Under the pieces are notes generated by a model that had not been told where the DNA came from, ran no database searches, and worked only from the letters and a program-made list of their open reading frames with translations. The translations under genes and the position numbers were made by a program. From NCBI GenBank assembly GCA_030141605.1, contig JAQGDQ010000690.1:47930-111929 (forward strand): a stretch of DNA of 64,000 nt. Reading direction: 5' to 3'. Source of the DNA: Tubiluchus corallicola (lineage: Eukaryota; Animalia; Priapulida). Below, one piece after another: positions 49,701-56,090 of this stretch; the stretch's first letter is position 1, and each line of letters starts with the position of its first letter.

Positions 49701-52700
49701 ATTGCTCATTTATTTTTTGCTGCCCAAGTGCCGGGATTTGTCGTTTAACCCTTTCACTACGTAGTTGCTTTTTATCTTGGCCACACTGACTTTGCACATT
49801 TGACAATAACTTCTTGTGGTGTGTTACTAAAACAGAATCTTGTAAATAAACTAATAGTTGTTTGTTACTGAGTGCTAATTTTACATATTAGTCAAATATT
49901 TGTACACATGCACTCACACACACACACACGCGCGCACACGCACACATACACAAACACACGTGCACACTGTTATAAATAAGCATGTACTATTATTTAGAAA
50001 CCTGTTTTCATAAAACTATATACTAACCCATAATATGCAATCATTTTATAAGAATGCAGAACAATCAACTAAACGTTTCATCAACGATCTACAGGTGATT
50101 TTGCGTGATGATGTACTACAGTACAGTATTATGGAATGCACCTGGCTTCAGATGCTGATTGGTTGGTTAGCGTTACTTGTCACGAGGCAACCCCAATCCC
50201 ACGGCTGTTAAACTTTTCTACAAAGTTTTTTGCATGGCCGTAGCAGTGAAATAAACAGACCTGGGCAACTGCGCTTAGTGCTGAGTTTGGGCGGCAGTCT
50301 ACCACCTTCCGTCTTTTGCATGGAAAGCATAGGCGACAGTGTGCCGCCTTCCGTAGTAAAAGGGTTAATTCTAATTTATTGTAGATAACATTAGTATGGA
50401 TATTAATTACACAGAGGAACGTACAAAAAAACCTTCAGCAGTAATTATGTTAACTAGTACAATGTTAGAAAGAGTTTTGACCGTATCTGTGTTTGACACT
50501 AGAACAATGATTATTTCCATCTGATCTTTCTAACAGTTTCCGTTAGTTTGGAGCAGGGGTGTGCAAACTGCGGCCCGCCGAGAGATCTTGTGCGGCCCGC
50601 GAAGAGGTTTGCCAACATAATGAAAGTGCGGCCCACGCGATCTAGCTGAAGTCCGCGCCAATACCGCAAAGATAGTGTGGGTAGTTTTTTCCTCTAAATC
50701 GGATGGCATTAACCCTTACAAGACCGTTGTCACTTAACGTCACTGTCGGACATGACGAAATATATGGTTTTTAATATAAATTTTAATAATTTCTAAAATC
50801 GTTTTTTGAGTGTAGTTGTAATGATGTGACAGATCAGATGCAGAAAAATCGTTATTAGGTCCTACTGTACTTGGCTCCTTCACTAAACTGCATGCGGCCC
50901 ACAGGAATTGCGGGAAAGTTTAATGTGGCCCGGCTAGTCAGATAATTTGCACACCCCTGGTTTGGAGTTTAAACCTTCTCCCGTTGAACCCAAAATGTAG
51001 GGCCTTAGTTGAAATACTTGATGGCTTGTATGGAGTAAATAACAAGAAATTGCTTCACATGAGCTTACGCAATGCCATATTGTCATTACTCGTGAGCAGT
51101 CGATGGTCCATAGTTCAATTGTGTGTGGATTGATTGAGCTGTAATTTTTCTAATGGATATTTTTAATTGCAAAACTGCAATAAAGCAATGCACTTTTGTC
51201 CAAAACCTGCTTGATACGCAAAAAAGATTATTAATCCACATTTGTCGTTTTCAGGCCTCCACCTCCAGCACTAAAACCGGAGGATTTAGCTAAAGCCGCA
51301 GCGTACAGACCGCAGATAGGTTGGGTACAGCGTGACAGGTCCCGGAATGCACGGGGTGCCTTGTTGGACCAATCGGGACACCGAGCTCTAAGGTAAGACA
51401 GTCGTTCTGCTGTACCACGTTGTTTTTCACGACTGAATTTGGTAAGACAGCAAAAAGTTATTAAATTTGCTGTTTAGACATAGCCAGGGCACTTTATTTA
51501 TGACTTTAGTCATAAATTGCATAAATAGCTTATTTAATACTAATTTCAGATTTTATTTATGACTATTTATGACGTGTCAAATTTTGACCAAAAATGCCAT
51601 CCTGAGCTAAAAGAAATACATATTTTTAATCAGAATCTTGTATTTTGCCTTTCTTCGTTCTTCATTACATTAAAATGTAATAAAAATGTCTACTTTCATC
51701 ATTCCAAGGCCTGAAGTTTCTCGTATTGTTTTGCATGCAGGCATCCCTCCAGACTGAAATCCGTGATCGTGTTTATAATAATTATAGTATCGGTTTTAAT
51801 TTGTTTAGGATGACCTATAAAATTACTGCTCATAAAAATCAATCTATTAATTAATTCGTACAGTCACAATTCGTAGCCACAATTAGTACAAGTAAATAAT
51901 GTATTTTTTTAAATATCGATTTTAAATTTAATGTTGGAAAATACTATTGGCTATTACATCTTTCTAGGGAACCGTCACGTATGTTTTCTAATTAAAATTA
52001 CATTAAGCAAAATAACTAAACAAGAAAAACAGTTAAATTTTAATGACAATGAAGCAACAAATTCTCCCAAAGATAAAATATGCTCAAATTCTAGCAGACG
52101 GCATTATTCTTATTTTTTGAGGATGAGGCAGTAAGGCACGGGAAACGCTTGCGGCAAACTCGAGCTAAAACCTACACCCAAGCCATTGACTTACGCCGCT
52201 TAGGGGTAAGCATCGAAGTTCGGTTCGATTCGAATTCGAAAGTCACAAATTCGGTTCGATTCGAATTCGTTTTCTGGTAGAGAATGCTCACCCCTAACGC
52301 CGCTAGGATGAGAAAGGCACTGAAATGAACGTGCAAAGAAAAGAATTAGAAGTGTAGATTTCTGTTATTGTGCAGAGCGTAGGTTTGAGGCGGCAGAACT
52401 TTAGGACATTAAAATAGGTAAGCTGTCTTTAATTCAAATTTTCGATGGAACGACAACGATTCTGTCGGTGCCTATTTATTTTTTCGCGGTAACGCGCTCA
52501 TTTACTTTTTATTATTTAGGTTACTTCTAGACGAGTTAATGACAGATAAACGCATCAGTTAGACAGTCTCAGTTACTGTGTTAGTCCACCAAACAGTCAC
52601 GCGCAAGCTTCTTATGGACTGCCTGTGTGTGTGGGAGAGAGAGAGAGAGAGACGGTGGAAACAGTTTTCTGTACTGAATTTTTTGTTCCATTCATCGGGA

Positions 52701-55333
52701 AATGATTATTTTTCTTTCGTTATTTATGACAAATTTGAAATCTTATTTATGACTATTTATGACTATTTTGCAAGAAAAGTCATAAATAAAGTGCCCTGGA
52801 CATAGCTGTCTGTAAAGCAGTTCATTTCTTATTTAATTCCGGAAAGGTTGCACTTGTGCTTAGCAAACAGTTATGTTAAATTTTGTAATAGTACACCACA
52901 AACAGTTACAAAACATGCTTGTTTCTACTGTTTACTACACAACCAATTTAAAAGCTTGCTTACGTTTCCCACAAATGCTTAGGAGGTGTGCTGTAGCCTG
53001 CTGCTGCCATCTAGCAACCAGAAAACAAATAGTAGCTTAAACAGAAAATAGTGACAATTTTTGTGTTTGGTTTGATAGTGAGTTTACCATGGACAGTTGT
53101 CTATAAAGCATCAAGAATAGCTGGAAACTCAAAATTGATGCTTGTGTATGATAGTTAAGCAACACCTGGTCTGGTTAGTAAATTATTGGCTGACTGCTTC
53201 TGTGTGGTTTCATCTCCATACTGTCTCTGATTGTTTATCTCGGATAGGATGTGTATGCATACAAATGCAGTTAAACATCTCTGTCTGAGAGTTAAGCAGC
53301 ACTAGGTCTGTTTAGTAAATTACTGGGTGACTGCTTCTGTGTGGTTTTATCTCCATACTGTCTCTGATTGTTTATCTCAGATAGGATGTGTATGCATACA
53401 AATGCAGTTAAACATCTCTGTCTGACAGTTAAGCAACACTAGGTCTGTTTAGTAAATTACTGGGTGACTGCTTCTGTGTGGTTTTATCTCCGTACTGTCT
53501 CTGATTGTTTATCTCAGATAGGATGTGTATGCATACAAATGCAGTTCAATATCTCTGCCTGTTCTTCAAGGATTGTTCTTACCAAATACCTCATTCTGGT
53601 CCCTTCTCAGCCATCAAATACGAGTTGTAGGCCTGCCGTTCAACACTCTGTCTGCAATTTTGCAGCGTGCTAAGAAAAACTGAAAAAATATATGCAGATA
53701 ACGCCTAAAGCAAAACCGGACCCAAATCTTAAACTGTGGGTCAAAACAATCTACTCTTTAAACTATTGAAAGGAAACGTAATATTTCTTTAAAAATGACT
53801 TTCGTGAAAGAATTATTACCATACAAACACAATTTCACGTTCGCGCCACTAGTTCTTCGCTGTAACATGCATTTCACCATTCGCTAGTTAGACGGGCACT
53901 AGCGTCTGCATTTCAGAAATGCATTGCTTAAAAAACAGGTGCTGTACCTCTCAGTTCAGATGTGTTAGTTTGTGACAAACTACACATGTTCGACAGTTCA
54001 TGTGTGAGCACAGCGGCAAATTTGAAATTTGAATTTTTATCTTAAAACTTGCTTAGTTTTAGTACAACAAACTGGATACCTTACAGTAGCAACACGTGTA
54101 ACACGAATATTTTGATGCTAAAAATTATGTTAGTTTGTGACGTCATCAATAGTTGGGCTAGCTTGCCGCTAATTAAGTTTTTAATCTATTATTTGATTAT
54201 CAGAACCGCTTTTGCAGTATTAATTGTGTTAAAATATATACTTTTTATCAGACTTGGAAATGGGATAGTATACGAAAAAATCATCCTTTAGAATGGATAC
54301 AGTGACACTAGACAGCCTGCAGATTTGAAGGGCAAAAAGAGAGCTAGAAAACTTGGCATGTTGCCAATTATTATAAGCTCATTACGAGCACCCTGCTACG
54401 TAGTTGTTTACATATTTGCAAAAGTTGCAGTAAAATGCTTTGGCAGTGGCACTGCTAGGTGGCAGCACCAAGTCAAAACCTTTGAAGTTGTAAAAAAAAT
54501 CCACTAGTCAACGTTGGCTGTCAGTTCAAGTTTCTTGAAATTTATTGACTTTATCGTGTAATTAGGCCATAACTTTCAATGGTTTCAGCATGACTTGTGC
54601 ATAACTATGTATTGCTTTCTTGCTGCTTGATGACTTTCTGGCTTTCACGTGTTACACATTAACATGTGCTTTGTGAAATTAAATGTGCATTATTGTGCTG
54701 CCTCTTAAAGGTGTATTGCGAAAATTTAAAAAAAATAGTAAATTATTGATTTTTCATTGTTTTTGATTGATTTCGAATAGTCTTGAGCTGACAAACTCCA
54801 AATAAAATGATATAATGTTTAGTTATGTCGTCGATTGTTGTGTTAAATTGTTCGATCATTATTTGTCTACATAAGGACTCATGTTCACATGCTGTGGTGC
54901 ACTTGATGTGCTAGCACACTACAAACAATTAGTTTATAAACATTCATAAAAAAGTAAGAATTGATATGCCTCATCATAATTTATTTTCGTCTGTTAATGT
55001 TTTTTGATATACCGATTTAATTTATTAATAATTTTCAAATTTCACCAAAAGTTTTAAACTAAATTCTGTTTGTTTTCACCGCCGAAGATGCATTGTTTTC
55101 ATCTTTGGGCTGCATTGTTTCTTAATGATAGCCATATATGCATTGCCGTTGTGTATGTTTTGGTTAAGAAGTTCCGTTTATCTGTCCTTACAGACACACG
55201 TTAGGTATAGGTAGTGGCCAGTACAGCAACGTGCCTCCGCCCTCATCCAGAAATTACCCGGGACGGAACAACACCGTGCCTCCCCCTTCGTCTAGAGATT
55301 ATCCCGTACGGAACAGGCAGCCGGGGGCCTACG
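593..55333 (+). CDS. XRN2: 5'-3' exoribonuclease 2 (XRN2/Rat1), partial multi-exon gene (18 exons seen; 5' exons lie before the window, terminal exon not located)
   Basis: Exons bounded by AG/GT join in one frame with compatible phases. They give ADLIMLGLATHEP, a CX2CX4HX4C zinc knuckle (XRN2-type), [103 protein letters not shown] and YRPQIGW, collinear with known XRN2 proteins. Confidence 0.97.
853..1238. mobile_element. Putative MITE
   Basis: CAGGGACATATCAA ... TTAATACGTCCCTG imperfect TIRs and repeated GACGCCCT; no clear TSD. Confidence 0.45.
1729..1868 (+). CDS. XRN2: XRN2 exon with CCHC zinc knuckle
   Basis: cag|GT CTG GCC ACT CAC...GGA GAA|gtataa; [47 protein letters not shown]. Confidence 0.93.
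1927..2648. mobile_element. TTAA-flanked (piggyBac-like) MITE family A, copy 1
   Basis: About 700 bp homologous to 16928-17636 and 45227-45933; TTAA..CTTCAGGACCG ... CGGTCCTGGAGGAG-TTAA. Confidence 0.8.
3448..3573 (+). CDS. XRN2: XRN2 exon
   Basis: tag|CAT GAC...TTT GAG|gtattt; [42 protein letters not shown]. Confidence 0.93.
4153..4290 (+). CDS. XRN2: XRN2 exon (active-site GNDFLP region)
   Basis: cag|CGA GCG...ACT GGG|gtaaga; [46 protein letters not shown]. Confidence 0.96.
4301..4908. repeat. 16-bp minisatellite (TGTACTGACATCACAA), about 38 copies
   Basis: Direct periodicity; starts 10 nt after the 4290 exon end. Confidence 0.95.
5403..5474. repeat. Imperfect (CA)n microsatellite
   Basis: Visible dinucleotide run. 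Confidence 0.9.
5792..5899 (+). CDS. XRN2: XRN2 exon
   Basis: cag|GGT TAC...AGA GAG|gtatgc; [36 protein letters not shown]. Confidence 0.95.
6317..7110. repeat. About 150-bp long inverted repeat (foldback/MITE-like) with about 500-bp spacer
   Basis: 6317-6459 is the reverse complement of about 6960-7110 (for example AATCTTCAACAATTGGTATGATCATGTA / TACATGATCATACCAATTGTTGAAGATT). Confidence 0.85.
7447..7795. repeat. Compound (TTA)/(TTG)/(CTG)n trinucleotide tract
   Basis: About 350 bp of triplet repeats ending about 50 nt before the 7848 acceptor. Confidence 0.95.
7848..8108 (+). CDS. XRN2: XRN2 exon (poorly conserved CR1-CR2 linker)
   Basis: cag|CTG TTT TTT CGA...GGA GAG|gtgatg; [13 protein letters not shown]...[12 protein letters not shown]...[15 protein letters not shown]; GC-rich, phase 0-0, fits both neighbours. 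Confidence 0.85.
8698..9166. mobile_element. Dispersed TIR repeat family C (related copies at about 5190-5632, 40058-40380, and inverted at about 11090-11270 and 16555-16670)
   Basis: CATATCTCGGTTTGC ... GCAAACCGAGATATG inverted termini; shared internal blocks such as TAATACAGTAGGCG and GCATAATTGACTCTA. Confidence 0.7.
9615..9721 (+). CDS. XRN2: XRN2 exon (KRKR NLS-like plus acidic tract)
   Basis: tag|AAA CCG...GTC AG|gtacct; [36 protein letters not shown], matching the KRK...DNVR segment that precedes CR2. Confidence 0.88.
10195..10621. mobile_element. TIR MITE family B (CAGGGTTCCCAC), copy 1
   Basis: TIR CAGGGTTCCCAC / GTGGGAACCCTG; AAGTCAGGGAA-type subrepeats; flanks CTACCT / CTACTT; homologous to 48475-48915. 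Confidence 0.82.
10819..10903 (+). CDS. XRN2: XRN2 exon (5' border of the GPCR-hosting intron)
   Basis: tag|G TTG TAC...TCC GTG|gtaagt; [28 protein letters not shown]. Confidence 0.94.
10963..11419. mobile_element. TIR MITE with 6-bp TSD
   Basis: TIR CAGGGATGAGAAT / ATTCTCATCCCTG; AAGCAT at 10957-10962 and 11420-11425. Confidence 0.85.
11501..15793. repeat. 94-bp tandem satellite, about 46 highly similar copies
   Basis: Unit TGAAGAACCRGGAGTAACTYGTGTTTGCRTCAGTGKCGTCYCCWGTAGYTAAAATTAGTGAGGCTCTRCTTTGRTAAATACTAGYGCTTTTAC; period measured as 11502 to 11596. Confidence 0.97.
15913..16056. repeat. 69-bp perfect tandem duplication
   Basis: TGCGCGAGTGACAGTG... at 15913 and 15982. Confidence 0.92.
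16928..17636. mobile_element. TTAA-flanked MITE family A, copy 2 (more diverged)
   Basis: Internal homology to 1927-2648; TTAA at both ends. Confidence 0.75.
17828..18328. repeat. 106-bp tandem repeat, about 4.7 copies
   Basis: CATTA(A/G)T..AGTA at 17832, 17938, 18044 and onward. Confidence 0.93.
18854..19807 (-). CDS. Intronless class A (rhodopsin-like) GPCR, copy 1, 317 aa; nested antisense in XRN2 intron
   Basis: Seven hydrophobic segments; N-terminal NAT sequon; TM1 [30 protein letters not shown]3 and ECL2 Cys, [13 protein letters not shown], helix 8 EFRNEMKK. Confidence 0.95.
   Translation of the reverse strand: MADRMPELNATFSFTSDAVRTKFELGVNILSLILGIAIIIANSIVIIVIARAPSLHKPLYYALGNLSVADLFSGICLTLQTIIFSVVDPKKKNLTMCVFLYVIPHAGVSNSATCYYLATAERYISIVYPLRYHVWLSDRRIRNILIFAWIYQTVTIGVLSILYIIDRNILYKCVPNPHGLYAKYVFYCSVTVFPAILISFFYAYITILKTALKQVREIENSTHVASDTTVTRATSLQAKLKPVKTVATIVALFFVCYTPTVVAIFTLCVHGETKMVNANNYYWFLLPAYCNSLANVFVYVAKMKEFRNEMKKMIPFC
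21148..22104 (-). CDS. Intronless class A GPCR, copy 2, 318 aa
   Basis: Full ORF paralogous to copy 1 with the same motifs. Confidence 0.95.
   Translation of the reverse strand: MADRISELNATFSFTNDVVRTNFELGVNIFSLILGIAIIIANSIVIIVIARAPSLHKPLYYALGNLSVADLFSGICLTLQTIAFSVVDPKKKNLTMCVFLCVIPNACVGNSAMCYFLATAERYISIVYPLRYHVWLSDRRIRNILIFVWINQTVTFGTLLILYVIDRNILYKCVPHPHGLYAKFGFYCSVTVFPVILISFFYAYTTILKTALKQVREIDNSIHVASDSTVTRVTSLQAKLKPVKTVAIIVALFSVCYTPIMVAIFMLYVHGETKMVNANNYYWFLQPVHCNSLANVFVYVAKMEEFRNEMKKMIPFYK
23570..24526 (-). pseudogene. Class A GPCR copy 3: frame open for 318 codons but the initiator ATG is mutated to ATT
   Basis: Plus strand TGCAAT at 24521-24526 versus TGCCAT in paralogues; frame [14 protein letters not shown]... 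is open to the stop; the next in-frame Met lies after TM2; about 55 bp deleted just upstream. Confidence 0.75.
25791..26747 (-). CDS. Intronless class A GPCR, copy 4, 318 aa
   Basis: Full ORF, LHKPMY variant, all 7TM motifs present. Confidence 0.95.
   Translation of the reverse strand: MADRIPELNATFSFTNDAVRTKFELGVNIFSLILGIAIIIANSIVIIVIARAPSLHKPMYYALGNLSVADLFSGICLTLQTIAFSVVDPKKKNLAMCVFLYVIPNMCVSNSATCYCLATAERYISIVYPLRYHVWLSDRRVRNILIFAWIYQTATFSALLILYIVDRNILYKCVPNPHGLYSKYVFYCSVTVFPAILISFFHAYITILKTALKQVREIENSTHVAADSTVTRQASLQAKLKPVKTVATIVALFFVCYTPTMVAIFMLCVHGETKMVNANNYYWFLLPVHCNSLANVFVYVAKMEEFRNEMKKMMPFYN
27379..27452 (-). pseudogene. GPCR N-terminal stub (about 25 codons)
   Basis: Reads [25 protein letters not shown] and then jumps into intergenic sequence; the upstream flank is retained. 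Confidence 0.85.
28767..29723 (-). CDS. Intronless class A GPCR, copy 5, 318 aa (mosaic of copy 2- and copy 4-type sequence)
   Basis: Full ORF with all 7TM motifs. Confidence 0.95.
   Translation of the reverse strand: MADRISELNATFSFTSDVVRTNFELGVNIFSLILGIAIIIANSIVIIVIARAPSLHKPMYYALGNLSVADLFSGICLTLQTIAFSVVDPKKKNLAMCVFLYVIPNACVSNSAMCYFLATAERYISIVYPLRYHVWLSDRRIRNILIFVWINQTVTFGTLLILYVIDRNILYKCVPHPHGLYAKFGFYCSVTVFPVILISFFYAYTTILKTALKQVREIDNSIHAASDSTVTRVTSLQAKLKPVKTVATIVALFFVCYTPTMVAIFMLCVHGETKMVNANNYYWFLLPVHCNSLANVFVYVAKMEEFRNEMKKMIPFYK
30352..30425 (-). pseudogene. GPCR N-terminal stub, duplicate of 27379-27452
   Basis: Same stub and same deletion junction, 2973 bp away. Confidence 0.85.
31730..32665 (-). 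CDS. Intronless class A GPCR, copy 6, 311 aa
   Basis: Full ORF; in-frame 7-aa deletion in the N-terminus; TM motifs intact. Confidence 0.93.
   Translation of the reverse strand: MADGLAEMNATTSFTSELSVNIFSLTLGIAIIIANSIVIIVIARAPSLHKPLYYALGNLSVADLFSGICLTLQTIIFSVVDRKKKNLTMCVFLYVIPNACVGNSATCYCLATAERYISIIYPLRYHVWLSDRRIRNILIFAWIYQTVIFSVLLILYIVDGNILYKCVPHPHGLYAKCGFYSLVTVFPVILISFFYAYITILKTALKQVREIENSTHMAADSTVTRVTSLQAKLKPVKTVATIVALFFVCYTPIMVQVVTLYVHGETKMVNANNDHWYILPAYCNSLANVFVYVAKMEEFRNEIKKMIPFYK
33926..34880 (-). pseudogene. Class A GPCR copy 7, frameshifted before TM6
   Basis: CACAGGTAAGTTTT at about 34154-34167 versus CACAGGTTTAAGTTTT in paralogues (2-bp deletion), splitting the ORF into 270 aa and 76 aa pieces. 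An assembly error cannot be excluded. Confidence 0.85.
35816..36032. repeat. 74-bp tandem repeat, about 3 copies
   Basis: ACTATACCGCGTAA at 35827, 35901 and 35975. Confidence 0.9.
36165..36323 (+). CDS. XRN2: XRN2 exon (3' border of the GPCR-hosting intron)
   Basis: cag|AGC GAA GCT TAT...CAA CCG|gtaagt; [53 protein letters not shown]; joins KFKQSV with no gap relative to the family. Confidence 0.96.
36558..39390 (+). mobile_element. 5'-truncated, inactivated RTE-clade non-LTR retrotransposon (partial APE, RT, C-terminal C2H2-like motif)
   Basis: APE motifs [25 protein letters not shown]; RT motifs [30 protein letters not shown] at 38398-38409; [11 protein letters not shown]; CDKC..HQRAH. 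TAG at 36680-36682, frameshifts near 38345 and 38510. 3' CTCG-gaaa-CGAG hairpin and (GAC)n tail; TSD ACGTTAGTCTGT at 36546-36557 and 39391-39402. Confidence 0.95.
40643..40732 (+). CDS. XRN2: XRN2 exon
   Basis: cag|TTT TTG CCA...GAC CCG|gtaagt; [30 protein letters not shown]. Confidence 0.95.
40781..41331. repeat. Degenerate interstitial telomere-like repeat (CCCTAA/TCCTAA/CCCAA)n
   Basis: About 550 bp of TTAGGG-variant hexamers on the minus strand. Confidence 0.9.
41504..41576 (+). CDS. XRN2: XRN2 exon
   Basis: cag|GAA TCA...CAA G|gtatga; [25 protein letters not shown]. Confidence 0.96.
42146..42229 (+). CDS. XRN2: XRN2 exon
   Basis: cag|GT GTT GCT...GAG A|gtaagc; [27 protein letters not shown]. 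Confidence 0.96.
42258..42853. repeat. 40-bp minisatellite, 15 copies, each with an RFX X-box-like core
   Basis: Unit ATAATAAAGAAAACGGTTGCCATGGCGACTGATTCAAAAG; cores at 42273+40n. Confidence 0.95.
43165..43265 (+). CDS. XRN2: XRN2 exon (3' boundary probably a GC donor)
   Basis: cag|GG CGG CGA AAC...AAC GAT|gcaagt; [34 protein letters not shown]. The 3' end is inferred from the phase-0 requirement of the next exon. Confidence 0.85.
44040..44640. repeat. Dispersed repeat with an inverted copy at about 53690-54290
   Basis: AAAGAGTAGATTGTTTTGACC...GGGTCCGGTTTTGCTTTA (about 44563-44615) is the reverse complement of about 53706-53762; homology extends about 600 bp. Confidence 0.7.
44898..44977 (+). 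CDS. XRN2: XRN2 exon
   Basis: cag|TGG GTT GAT...GGA GG|gtacgt; [27 protein letters not shown]. Confidence 0.88.
45227..45933. mobile_element. TTAA-flanked MITE family A, copy 3
   Basis: TTAA-CTCCTTCAGGAC ... GTCCTGAAAGAG-TTAA. Confidence 0.82.
46556..47654. mobile_element. Tc1/mariner(pogo)-type non-autonomous element
   Basis: TA|CAGTAAGTCCTCGCTTA ... TAAGCGAGGACTTACGG|TA; TIRs flanked by TA. Confidence 0.8.
46766..47155 (-). mobile_element. Short non-autonomous RTE-type retroelement (SINE-like), nested in a Tc1/mariner-type MITE
   Basis: TSD ACTAGTAATGT at 46755-46765 and 47156-47166; GC-rich body; minus-strand 3' end ...GTCTTCCGAGACTGAAGGATGCCAACAAC resembles RTE/BovB-type 3' ends with a (CAA)n tail. 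Confidence 0.75.
47849..47905 (+). CDS. XRN2: XRN2 exon
   Basis: cag|A ACT GTG...ATA AG|gtatgt; [19 protein letters not shown]; phase 2-2. Confidence 0.87.
47983..48345. repeat. Degenerate about 17-bp minisatellite (GTGGTGCACTCGTGACC)
   Basis: Visible periodic GTGGTGC(A/G)CT units. Confidence 0.88.
48475..48915. mobile_element. TIR MITE family B, copy 2
   Basis: Same TIRs and internal sequence as 10195-10621; no clear TSD. Confidence 0.82.
49500..49568 (+). CDS. XRN2: XRN2 exon
   Basis: tag|T GTG TTT TAC...GCC GT|gtaagt; [23 protein letters not shown]. Confidence 0.92.
49745..50368. mobile_element. piggyBac-type MITE
   Basis: TTAA-CCCTTTCACTACG ... CGTAGTAAAAGGG-TTAA, the classic CCC/GGG piggyBac termini. 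Confidence 0.85.
50554..50959. mobile_element. hAT (Charlie-like) MITE
   Basis: TIR CAGGGGTGTGCAAA / TTTGCACACCCCTG, subterminal GCGGCCC repeats, perfect 8-bp TSD GTTTGGAG (50546-50553 and 50960-50967). Confidence 0.92.
51255..51392 (+). CDS. XRN2: XRN2 exon
   Basis: cag|G CCT CCA...CTA AG|gtaaga; [46 protein letters not shown]. Confidence 0.92.
51485..52798. mobile_element. hAT-type non-autonomous element (1.3 kb)
   Basis: TIR CAGGGCACTTTATTTATGACTTT and its reverse complement; TATTTATGAC subterminal repeats; perfect 8-bp TSD GACATAGC. Confidence 0.9.
52201..52296. mobile_element. 96-bp hAT-type mini-MITE nested in 51485-52798
   Basis: TIR TAGGGGTAAGCAT / ATGCTCACCCCTA; two TTCGGTTCGATTCGAATTCG repeats; 8-bp TSD ACGCCGCT (52193-52200 and 52297-52304). 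Confidence 0.88.
53153..53560 (+). repeat. 137-bp tandem repeat x3 containing a 5S rRNA internal-control-region-like segment
   Basis: GTTAAGC at 53154, 53291 and 53428; AGTTAAGC-N11-TG(G/T)TTAGTA-N6-TGG(G/C)TGACTGC has the spacing of the 5S A-box/IE/C-box region. Confidence 0.85.
55194..55333 (+). CDS. XRN2: XRN2 exon (low-complexity C-terminal tail)
   Basis: cag|A CAC ACG...TAC G|gtaagt; [46 protein letters not shown]; the phase matches the previous exon. Confidence 0.85.
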
Positions 55334-55774
55334 GTAAGTCGCATGCTTTTTCGACACGTGTTGTACAATAATAACATAATATGTGAGTTTAGTGTGCTGT
55401 GTGAGTATCGAACCAACGTAGTTGACTCTACATCTGTCACTAGGGGAGGGCATTTTGATCGCCATGTAAACCTTACATTGATGCTAATGATTTGTCATAG
55501 TAATCAGAAAGCTTTGTTTCATCTTGGACGGTTTTAATTGCTTTCGTGTTCGATGTTTCCTGTGTTTGTTGGCGCTTTGTTCAATATAGCATCATCTCTG
55601 GTTTCCAGTTCGTGTTTTATTTGTTCGAAGGTTTGAGTGCACTTCTAAGAATCATATGCGGTTCTGTAAGGATTAGTTTTCCTGTACGAACTCGTCGTTC
55701 AATTTGCCTTTTCAAAATTTCGTCGTGCGCGCACAGTTGCTTTAGGTTAAGGTTAAGTGTACGACAACAGTGTG

Positions 55775-56090
55775 TCTTGACTACAACGGTCGCAAGACAT
55801 GTGAGTAAAGCAAAGCCGTCTGCTGCACCAGTTCAGTAACTTTGGGGTTTTGTGGACTTTACTTAATTATGCACTAGTCTGTACGTAGAGTGATTTACTA
55901 GCAGGATCTTGCTTGGGAACAAGAAAAAATGAACTACCAAAGGTTCTAGCTTGCTGCTGAAACTGTTACTATTACAGTAGCATGGACTGCGAGGCATTGT
56001 CAAGTGTACACAGATGCATTGACTGGTTCAGTTGACCTTTAACCTTTTCATGATCATCATCAATCGCTGGAACTGTGAAAAGCATTATTG
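55775..56090. repeat. Dispersed repeat family D (other copies at about 9820-10110, 35638-35780, and 36430-36557 + 39403-39617 split by the RTE)
   Basis: Shared blocks GACATGTG(G/A)GTAAAG, CAGTTCAGTAACTT, ACTTAATTAT, TTGTCAAG..ACA(A/G)ATGCATTG, CTGGAACTGTGAAA. Confidence 0.75.

Noticed and set aside
53153-53560. Functional 5S rRNA genes
   Set aside because: Only about 45 nt of control-region-like sequence per unit; both 5S ends and the oligo-T terminator are missing.
1-55333. XRN1 rather than XRN2
   Set aside because: The CCHC knuckle after IIREEF, the KRKR/acidic linker and the short Pro/Gly/Arg-rich tail fit XRN2; no XRN1 C-terminal domains were seen.
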